Shown piece after piece: positions 46,321-53,456 of a stretch of 64,000 bases of DNA. Source of the DNA: Terriglobales bacterium (GTDB lineage Bacteria > Acidobacteriota > Terriglobia > Terriglobales > Acidobacteriaceae); NCBI GenBank assembly GCA_038254775.1, contig JBBSFV010000005.1, forward strand, positions 31,076 through 95,075, in the 5' to 3' direction. The notes below the pieces were generated by a model. It saw only the letters and a list, made by a program, of their open reading frames with translations, was not told where the DNA came from and made no database searches. Within the stretch, counting starts at the first letter, position 1; every line of letters starts with the position of its first letter. Position numbers and translations under genes: made by a program.

Positions 46321-47426
46321 AAGATCAGTTAGCGGAAGAACTCCTTGCGAGGGTGATGGGTTGGAAAGACCCAGCGGAGTTTGTGGAACATGGGCGGCCG
46401 CTTATGGCTATGTCTGCTTACAAGTATGACGAATACCAGCAGTTCTCGCCAGGAATGCGTTTCATTGAGAGTCTGGCGCTCTGGCTGGGACAATTTAAGA
46501 CGTCGGCGCAGAGGAGGGCCGCGCTGTCTTTCGTAAGGAAAAGACTGGTATTCGTGTCCGCGGCGGAAATGAATCACCTCGTGACCATTTCTTATTCAGA
46601 CCACGTTCGTCCGCTTCTGCTCTCGAAGGCTGCGGCTGAAGCCGGTTTATCGAGATGGCACATCGGGAAAGTAGCCCATAGCGTGGAATTTCGCGTGCGC
46701 GAGCGGAGGTGCCTCTTTCTCGGACTTAGCGACGGATCGCGAACTGACGTTTTTCGGCGAGCGAATCCTCATTTGCAGAATGATCAGGTGCGCCAAAGTC
46801 ACGAATTGACCACTGATCGCTCAATGGATTTGAGAAAGGAACTCGTTAAGGATCTGACGAGACTTTTGGGTCGCGCACCCACGGATGAGGAAGCGGCGTT
46901 CCGCTCAGTCGTGCTATTGGACGATTTTTCCGCAAGCGGTATTAGCTATATCCGCAAGAAAGAGGACGGCTCGTACGCTGGCAAGGTGGGCAAGTTCTTG
47001 GGCGCTCTAAGTGCCCCTTCAAATCCCTTGTCGCAGTTGTTCACGACGAAGCTTGAAGTGATTCTGGTCCTCTACATGGGTACTGACACCGCTGAACGAG
47101 GCCTTCTACAAGGGTTGTCCAACCTATGCGATCCGTCCGATTATGACGCGAATCTCATCATCATCCAACGATTTCCGGAGAGCCAGCGCGTAATACGTGG
47201 CGCAATACCGGAATTTGATGCCCTCATTGATGGGCACTACGACGATACAAATGAAACGTCGAGTACATCTCTTGGGGGTACTGATCTTAAGTACGGATTC
47301 GCAGGGGGCGCTTTGCCGCTGATCTTGGGCCACAATACTCCAAATAATTCCATCGGATTGCTCTGGGCGGAAGGTCCAAATATGGTGCCGCTGTTCCCGC
47401 GCGTTACGAGACATAAGGATCTATGA
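46311..47426 (+). CDS. Cassette gene B: phosphoribosyltransferase (PRTase)-like protein
   Basis: PRPP-loop-like VVLLDDFSASGISY in the C-terminal half; the N-terminal helical domain has no recognised family. Start is uncertain (GTG 46311, TTG 46317 as a TTGA overlap, or ATG 46356). Confidence 0.75.
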   Translation: MRLKDQLAEELLARVMGWKDPAEFVEHGRPLMAMSAYKYDEYQQFSPGMRFIESLALWLGQFKTSAQRRAALSFVRKRLVFVSAAEMNHLVTISYSDHVRPLLLSKAAAEAGLSRWHIGKVAHSVEFRVRERRCLFLGLSDGSRTDVFRRANPHLQNDQVRQSHELTTDRSMDLRKELVKDLTRLLGRAPTDEEAAFRSVVLLDDFSASGISYIRKKEDGSYAGKVGKFLGALSAPSNPLSQLFTTKLEVILVLYMGTDTAERGLLQGLSNLCDPSDYDANLIIIQRFPESQRVIRGAIPEFDALIDGHYDDTNETSSTSLGGTDLKYGFAGGALPLILGHNTPNNSIGLLWAEGPNMVPLFPRVTRHKDL

Positions 47427-49339
47427 GAGAGCCTCGAAATCCATTTCGGCTTAGGGCGTCAGAGGCCATCGAGTCCGATACCACTTTTCTGAAGCTCTTT
47501 GGGCCAGGAATGCTTGAGTTGCTCCCGACCGGGGCTCAGGTTTGGGACAAACCCCAAGTGTTCCGCAGTGCTCCCGGCGCCGGAAAGAGCTCATTGCTGC
47601 GCCTATTTACTCCCACGGTGCTGCTGACGCTTCACACCTTTCGCCGAAATGAAGATTTGAAGGAGCTGTATCAGAAGATGACTGAAATGGGCGTAGTCGA
47701 CGAGGAAGGCCCCCGCTTGTTGGGTGTCTTTCACTCTTGTGCGCGGAATTACGCCACGCTGGAAGACCTGGAATTTGATTCTGCGCGAAAAGAAAGGCTG
47801 CTATTTGGATTGCTGAATGCTCGTGTCATTCTCGCCGCGTTGCGGTCTGCCTTGGCATTACATCGGATGGATTATCCGGGAGATCTGGGCCGGATCAGTT
47901 TCAGTGTTAACGTGATTGAGGCTTTTGGAAGCAGCTTGTCCCCAAACAGCACGGGAGAGGATCTGCATCAATGGGCAACGCAACTGGAAGGAGCTGTTTG
48001 CGACGCTATTGATAGTTTTGGCGGATCGGATCTGAAGGGACTTCCCGGAAGTGACACGTTTTCGGCTCTGAGTCTGCTGCAGCGCGAGAGCTTGTTGATA
48101 GATCAGAAGCCGGTTGCAGAACATGTTCTGCTGCTGCTCGATGATGTCCATCACCTTACACATCGACAAAGAAAACGAGTCCTAAAAGTTATAGCTGAGT
48201 TAAGGACTGGGGTTGGTGTTTGGCTGGCCGAGAGATTTGAAGCGCTCAGCGCCGATGAGATGCTAGCGTCCGGCACGTCCGAAGGAAGGGACTACGAGGG
48301 AGAAATCCTGTTGGAGCGTTTTTGGAGGGAACATCCGCGTAAGTTCGAGACCCTTTTGATGAGTGTTGCCGACCGTCGCGCCAGCGCGGCGGTGAACGTT
48401 GAAGTGAGCTCGCTCGATTCGTGTTTGCAAGCATCTCTCGATGGCCCCGAATGGACAGAGAAGTATGAGTCGGCGATTCCAGTGATTCGGGATCGGGTCA
48501 CGCAGACCGTCGATAGGCGAGATCTGTTTGATGTCTGGATCGAGGCGCAGAGCGCCTCCGGAGGAACAGCGCGGGATCGCGCAATCGGTTGGCGTACGCT
48601 AGAGATTCTTGTGCATCGAGAGATTAAGCGAGAGCAAGGTTCGTTTGATTTTCCTTTAAGCGCTTCTGAGCTGACGGAACGGAGTGATTCTCAATTGAGG
48701 ACTGCGGCAGAGTTGTTCTTGGCGCAAGAGTTTCATTTGCCCTATTACTTCGGGACAAAGAAACTCGCAAGCCTTGCGTCGTGGAACATCGAGCAGTTTA
48801 TGCGACTCGCGGGAGACGAATTCGAGGAGGTTGTTTCATCTCGGACAGTGAGGCGGGCAGCAACGCTCGATGCTGGTCGGCAGGATGCGTTGCTTCGAGG
48901 CGCCTCTTCGTCTTTCTGGAGCGAGATTCCGCGCCGGGCGAGGAACGGTGAAAAGGTACTGAAGTTATTGGAATCGATCGGCCAATTCTGCCGTCAGCGG
49001 ACATACGAACCTACGGCGTCTTACGACCCAGGCGTGACGGGAATCGCGATCTCGATGCAAGATAAAGAATCTCTTCAGGATGAAGCTTTCTTACTGCGTA
49101 ATCCTCAGTATTCTATTTTGGCTGATGTCTTGGCAGCAGCGATCGCAAACAACCTGCTTGAGCCCCGCCTTGATTCTAGAGCTAAGGGCTCGAGCTGGAT
49201 GGTTCTAAATCTTAATCGGCTGCTATGCGTCACTTTGGATTTGCCGTTGGCGTACGGTGGATGGAAGGAGCAGCATCTGCGCGATCTGCATACCTGGATG
49301 ACGGCGGGCTTCAAGCCGAAACAGGCAACGCTCTTATGA
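47423..49339 (+). CDS. Cassette gene C: large ORC/Cdc6-like (STAND-like) P-loop NTPase
   Basis: Walker A SAPGAGKSSLL and Walker B VLLLLDDVHHL, with about 400 aa of unassigned helical C-terminal sequence. ATGA overlap with gene B. Confidence 0.8.
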   Translation: MREPRNPFRLRASEAIESDTTFLKLFGPGMLELLPTGAQVWDKPQVFRSAPGAGKSSLLRLFTPTVLLTLHTFRRNEDLKELYQKMTEMGVVDEEGPRLLGVFHSCARNYATLEDLEFDSARKERLLFGLLNARVILAALRSALALHRMDYPGDLGRISFSVNVIEAFGSSLSPNSTGEDLHQWATQLEGAVCDAIDSFGGSDLKGLPGSDTFSALSLLQRESLLIDQKPVAEHVLLLLDDVHHLTHRQRKRVLKVIAELRTGVGVWLAERFEALSADEMLASGTSEGRDYEGEILLERFWREHPRKFETLLMSVADRRASAAVNVEVSSLDSCLQASLDGPEWTEKYESAIPVIRDRVTQTVDRRDLFDVWIEAQSASGGTARDRAIGWRTLEILVHREIKREQGSFDFPLSASELTERSDSQLRTAAELFLAQEFHLPYYFGTKKLASLASWNIEQFMRLAGDEFEEVVSSRTVRRAATLDAGRQDALLRGASSSFWSEIPRRARNGEKVLKLLESIGQFCRQRTYEPTASYDPGVTGIAISMQDKESLQDEAFLLRNPQYSILADVLAAAIANNLLEPRLDSRAKGSSWMVLNLNRLLCVTLDLPLAYGGWKEQHLRDLHTWMTAGFKPKQATLL

Positions 49340-49956
49340 GGCGGAACCAAAAAGATCGGTGGGAGTCTTACGTTCAAGTAAGCGACGAATCGGTTTGCAG
49401 TTTTTTGCGCGAGCATCTGGGTGCCAAAGAAAAAGCAGGCAAGAGCTGTCTGATTGTCGGCAAGGGTTTCGATCCGCGAATGCTTGAGGGCTTAAAGGTT
49501 CTCCGCGGAGCATTGGATCCTGAGCAGATTTCAATCATTATGTTGGTTTTCAACGAGGGACCAACATCGCCTTCGCGCGGATATGACGAATTAGTGCGTA
49601 AGAACGTCGATGCAATGCGACAAATGGTCCCGGGCGGTGAAATCCAAGAGCGGAACATCAACATGTTTTCATCCGAGGGCCGAAGGATTACTTCGCGTTC
49701 AGCGGAATCGGCGTTTCGTTCGGTAAGCGAACTTCAGAGATTCAGAGACATTTTTGTTGATGTGAGCTCCTTGCCCCGCAGCATCTATTTTCCGGTGCTA
49801 GCGAAACTTCTTCATCTCCTAGATGGCGTCAAAGAGGCGACACCCCCGAATCTGTTTGTCTTAGTCAGTGAAAATGCCGAATTAGACCGGCGGATTATGG
49901 AAGAAGGAATCGATGAAAGATGCGGATTACATTCACCCGTTTCGAGGAGCAGTTGA
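49336..49956 (+). CDS. Cassette gene D: unknown alpha/beta (Rossmann-like) protein
   Basis: ATGA overlap with gene C. Alternating strand/helix pattern (SCLIVGKGFDPRMLEGL, IFVDVSSLPRSIYFPVLAKLL, NLFVLVSEN). No family recognised. Confidence 0.6.
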   Translation: MRRNQKDRWESYVQVSDESVCSFLREHLGAKEKAGKSCLIVGKGFDPRMLEGLKVLRGALDPEQISIIMLVFNEGPTSPSRGYDELVRKNVDAMRQMVPGGEIQERNINMFSSEGRRITSRSAESAFRSVSELQRFRDIFVDVSSLPRSIYFPVLAKLLHLLDGVKEATPPNLFVLVSENAELDRRIMEEGIDERCGLHSPVSRSS

Positions 49957-50476
49957 AAGAGAATCGGCCGCTGGCCGTCCGAAGGTCTGGTTTCCATTGT
50001 TGGGAGAGAATCAACGTGTTCAGCTCACCCGGATTTATGATTTGATTAATCCCGCGGAAATATGTCCGCTATTGCCTTCTCCGTCCAGAGACCCTCGGCG
50101 GGGAGACAACATCGTCGTTGAGTACCGGGAGCTCTTGTTTGATCAACTTCGAGTTGAGATGGGAAACTTTGTTTACGCATCCGAGACCAATGCGTTCGAG
50201 ACGTATCGGCAACTGAGGCGCGCAATTTTGCACTATGCTGACGCTCTTAAGCCATTGGGTGGATCGAATGCCGTGATTTCCGCGAATTCCAGTAAACTGC
50301 TTTCGGTCGGGGCTTTGTTGGCTGCGTATGAACTGAAGCATGAACGGGCCGACATTGCCATCGCCCATGTTGAGGCGCACGGATACGTTTTGCAGGATTC
50401 GGATAAGGATTTGGAACGCTTGGCCAGCGCCAGTACGCTTCAATGCCTCTGGCTCTCAGGGAGCTGTTATGAATAA
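49913..50476 (+). CDS. Cassette gene E: unknown protein (possibly the C-terminal half of D)
   Basis: ATG 49913 is preceded by GAAGGA and overlaps D by 44 nt. Its stop overlaps the F start (ATGAATAA). Confidence 0.6.
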   Translation: MKDADYIHPFRGAVERESAAGRPKVWFPLLGENQRVQLTRIYDLINPAEICPLLPSPSRDPRRGDNIVVEYRELLFDQLRVEMGNFVYASETNAFETYRQLRRAILHYADALKPLGGSNAVISANSSKLLSVGALLAAYELKHERADIAIAHVEAHGYVLQDSDKDLERLASASTLQCLWLSGSCYE

Positions 50477-51566
50477 GGCAAGAGAACCGCGAAAGTCGCG
50501 ATTGGTAGCAGCAGGATTTTGCGCGTTGGACATTGTTTTTGGGCTTGATGATCCTTCGCCACGGTTTTATGCGGGTGGGACGTGCGGAAATGTCGCCGCC
50601 GGCTTGGCTTTCCTTGGATGGGATACAAAACCAATCGCGCGCCTTACAAACGATGTTGCTGGCGAGTTTGTAAGGCAGGATTTGGAACGGTGGGGAGTTG
50701 ACACCAACTTTATTGCGTTGAGTCCTTCTGGCGCGACACCTATTGTGCTGGAGAAAATCCAGCTGAGCAAGAATGGCCTGCCGAAGCATCGCTTTCTGTG
50801 GAATTGTCCGGATTGCAGTTCATATTTTCCTCCGTTCAAGCCAGTCTTGCGGAACCAAGTTGAAGAGCTGAAGGGGAAATTGGGATCTCCGGAAATCTTT
50901 TACGCCGATAGAGTATCTCGGTCTACCGTTGACTTGGCGAGCTATTTTAGCGAGAAGGGATCGTTGATTTACTTTGAGCCCTCCGCGGCGGGCGATCCTA
51001 AACTGTTTCGAGAGATGTTGCAGCTTACCGATGTGTTGAAGTACTCCGCACAGCGAGCCCGTTCTTTTTCGGAGTTGCTGCGCGACCACAAAGCCTTTTT
51101 AGAAATTGAGACTCTTGGAGAAGATGGCTTGCGCTTTAGGACACGCAGGGCTTTCAATTCATGGTGTTCGGTGCCTGCGTATGAAGTGAAACTCAAAGAT
51201 ACAGCGGGGTCCGGCGATTGGACATCTATCGGCCTAATGTCCGAAATGTTGGCGGAGGGCAAGAAAGGCCTTGAGAAGGCGACGAAACGTGAAATTTCTT
51301 CGAGTTTAGAACATGCGCAAGCAGTTGCTGCGTTGAATTGCCAATTTGAAGGACCAAGAGGAGGCATGTATCAGCTTTCAAAGAGTAAATTCCTGCAATC
51401 AATAGCAGTTCTCGAACGAAGGAAGTCAGGAGCTCAGAAACAAAGAACCATTTCTTTGACGCAGCAATTAACGACATCCATTGTTTGCCCAAGTTGCGGC
51501 CCGAACCCTAATCGGAAGAGCGCTAAGGTAGAATTCGAAAGTGTTTCCGTCATCTCGAGGAGCTGA
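50469..51566 (+). CDS. Cassette gene F: PfkB/ribokinase-family kinase with CxxC insert and C-terminal CxxC
   Basis: N-terminal GGTCGNVA and the anion-hole/catalytic motif DTAGSGDW. The insert is WNCPDCSSYF and the C-terminus has VCPSCGPN. Confidence 0.8.
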   Translation: MNKAREPRKSRLVAAGFCALDIVFGLDDPSPRFYAGGTCGNVAAGLAFLGWDTKPIARLTNDVAGEFVRQDLERWGVDTNFIALSPSGATPIVLEKIQLSKNGLPKHRFLWNCPDCSSYFPPFKPVLRNQVEELKGKLGSPEIFYADRVSRSTVDLASYFSEKGSLIYFEPSAAGDPKLFREMLQLTDVLKYSAQRARSFSELLRDHKAFLEIETLGEDGLRFRTRRAFNSWCSVPAYEVKLKDTAGSGDWTSIGLMSEMLAEGKKGLEKATKREISSSLEHAQAVAALNCQFEGPRGGMYQLSKSKFLQSIAVLERRKSGAQKQRTISLTQQLTTSIVCPSCGPNPNRKSAKVEFESVSVISRS

Positions 51567-51567
51567 G

Positions 51568-51595
51568 ATGTTGTACCGTTTTTGTACCGCTGATT
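51568..51595 (+). repeat. Arm-type repeat, right copy (ATGTTGTACCGTTTTTGTACCGCTGATT)
   Basis: 26/28 identical to 30937-30964, located 74 nt inside attR. Confidence 0.6.
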
Positions 51596-51669
51596 CGGCA
51601 AACTAGGCTTTTTTGCACTTCTGGCGCTTTGTTGATTCAATAACTTACATGGAATCAATGTGGTGAATA

Positions 51670-51698
51670 GTTCAACTCCCGCCGCCTCCACCAACTTA
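51670..51698 (+). repeat. attR core (displaced copy of the tmRNA 3' end)
   Basis: Identical 29-mer to 30871-30899. Confidence 0.9.
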
Positions 51699-51717
51699 TC
51701 TGCTACGTCCAACTGAG

Positions 51718-52116
51718 ATGGCGCCTATGATCTATCTCCTCAAGACCGAACCCAGCACCTACTCCTTCAGTGATCTTCAGCGCGAGAAAGAAACCATTTG
51801 GGATGGCGTTACTAATCCCGCCGCCGTAAAGAACTTGCGTCAGATGAAATCAGGCGACCAGCTCATCATCTACCACACTGGAGGAGAGAAGAGCGCAGTG
51901 GGCACCGCGACCGTTATTGCTGTAGACCTCAATGACCCCAACAGACCACTGGTGAAGATCAAAGCTGGTCAACCGCTTTCCAATCCCATTTCGCTCGCCG
52001 AATTGAAAAGCATGACGCTATTTGCGGACTCGCCGCTAGTGCGGCAACCTCGGCTATCTGTTGTGCCGCTCACAGCAGCGCAGCACCAGATCTTTACTTC
52101 TTCAAAAGCAGCCTAA
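51718..52116 (+). CDS. EVE (PUA-like) domain protein
   Basis: IYLLKTEPSTYSFSDLQREKETIWDGVTNPAAVKNLRQMKSGDQLIIYHTG, 132 aa. Confidence 0.8.
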   Translation: MAPMIYLLKTEPSTYSFSDLQREKETIWDGVTNPAAVKNLRQMKSGDQLIIYHTGGEKSAVGTATVIAVDLNDPNRPLVKIKAGQPLSNPISLAELKSMTLFADSPLVRQPRLSVVPLTAAQHQIFTSSKAA

Positions 52117-52181
52117 AAGTCTCGAAATGCGGCTACATGGTCGGTGGGCGCAGATCCTGCCCTTGATGTATCCTCTCCCGC

Positions 52182-53297
52182 ATGTTGCGAACCATTTTTT
52201 GCATCCTGCTCTGCAGCTTCAGCGCCTTTTCACAAAACTCGTGGCCTGATCCCACCCAGCCGCAAAGCTACTCAGCGCGCCGTGCTTCTAGCTATGACAC
52301 AACTGGTGCCAATGCTGATAACCGACAGATCGCAGTGCAAGGCAGTCTCACCCTGCTCGATGTAAATGGTCCAGCCGAGATCTCGCACATTTGGATCACA
52401 ATCGGCGGCGCCGAGCAGCACCATCTCAAGTCTCTCGTCCTGCGGATGTACTGGGACGGTGAGGCCACGCCAAGCGTTGAAACTCCTATTGGTGACTTCT
52501 TTGGCCTTGGGCTGGGTGAGTATTACCGCTGGCAGTCCGCTCCCCTCCAGGTGAGCGGCGAGAAAGCGCTGAACTCCTATTTCAAGATGCCCTTCCGGCG
52601 GCACGCGCGCATCACGGTTACAAATCAAGGCACAGAGAAGATCAACGCCTTCTACTTCAACGTTGACTACCGGAAGCTGCCCAGTCAACCTGCTGCAGAA
52701 ACGCTTTATTTTCACGCGCAGTTTCGCCAGGCCACACCGAATGCAGGATGGACAAACGATTGGAAATACAATTGGGATGCAATCGTCAACGACAAGAAGA
52801 ATGTTGATGGCGCGGGCAATTACGTCTTCGTGGAAGCCACGGGAAAAGGCAATTTTGTGGGAGTGACTCTGTCGGTTCTTCAGAATCAAGATGGATGGTG
52901 GGGTGAAGGTGATGACATGTTCTTCATCGACGGCGAAACCATTCCCTCCATCATCGGCACCGGCTCTGAGGATTATTTTCTGGGTGCGTGGGATTTTGGC
53001 GACTCACCTTTTTCGTATCAGCTCTATGGCGCCCCCGTGAAAGGCGAGGAGCGCGCAGGAAGCCGGTCCAGTGTGTACCGCTTCCATCTTGACTCGCCGA
53101 TTCCCTTTTCTAAATCATTCAAAGCCACCATCGAGCACGGCCACGCCAATGCCCGCTCCGATAACTTTTACTCAGTCGCATACTGGTACCAGACCGAGCC
53201 GCACGCAGCCTTCCCACCACTGCCACCGCTGGATTCGCGCTTGGTCAAGGTGCAGCCCACGGGCGGCCCAGGCAATGTGGGCCAAGGGCGCAAATAG
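52182..53297 (+). CDS. DUF2961 (GH172-like) secreted protein
   Basis: Signal peptide, then ISHIWITI, LRMYWDGEATPSVETPIGDFFG, NSYFKMPFRRHARITVTN and GSEDYF. Confidence 0.8.
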   Translation: MLRTIFCILLCSFSAFSQNSWPDPTQPQSYSARRASSYDTTGANADNRQIAVQGSLTLLDVNGPAEISHIWITIGGAEQHHLKSLVLRMYWDGEATPSVETPIGDFFGLGLGEYYRWQSAPLQVSGEKALNSYFKMPFRRHARITVTNQGTEKINAFYFNVDYRKLPSQPAAETLYFHAQFRQATPNAGWTNDWKYNWDAIVNDKKNVDGAGNYVFVEATGKGNFVGVTLSVLQNQDGWWGEGDDMFFIDGETIPSIIGTGSEDYFLGAWDFGDSPFSYQLYGAPVKGEERAGSRSSVYRFHLDSPIPFSKSFKATIEHGHANARSDNFYSVAYWYQTEPHAAFPPLPPLDSRLVKVQPTGGPGNVGQGRK

Positions 53298-53419
53298 GGG
53301 CAGTTATTCGCATGATCCACCTTCCGGATATACGCGCCACCTTCGCCTAGCCTCTCCTCCCGTTTTTGCATTTTCAAAATCTTTACAAGGAATGCTCGAA
53401 TATGTTCTCATTCTCTAAG

Positions 53420-53446
53420 TGAAAATGAAATTCAATTTCATTTTCA
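53420..53446. promoter_or_regulatory. 27-bp perfect palindrome TGAAAATGAAATT-C-AATTTCATTTTCA (Fur/Zur-family-like operator)
   Basis: Perfect 13-1-13 inverted repeat ending 10 nt before ATG 53457. It has AT-rich TGAAAAT/ATTTTCA half sites. Confidence 0.5.
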
Positions 53447-53456
53447 ATATGAATCC

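Larger units (their letters stand above)
30871..51698. mobile_element. Integrase-bearing genomic island (about 20.8 kb) inserted in the 3' end of ssrA
   Basis: A perfect 29-bp direct repeat of the tmRNA 3' end sits at both borders. A tyrosine integrase and an excisionase lie next to attL. The cargo includes many pseudogenes, plasmid/phage-type fragments (ArdC) and Fic. Confidence 0.88.

Noticed and set aside
52272-52889. 205-aa minus-strand ORF
   Set aside because: It is antisense to the DUF2961 gene.
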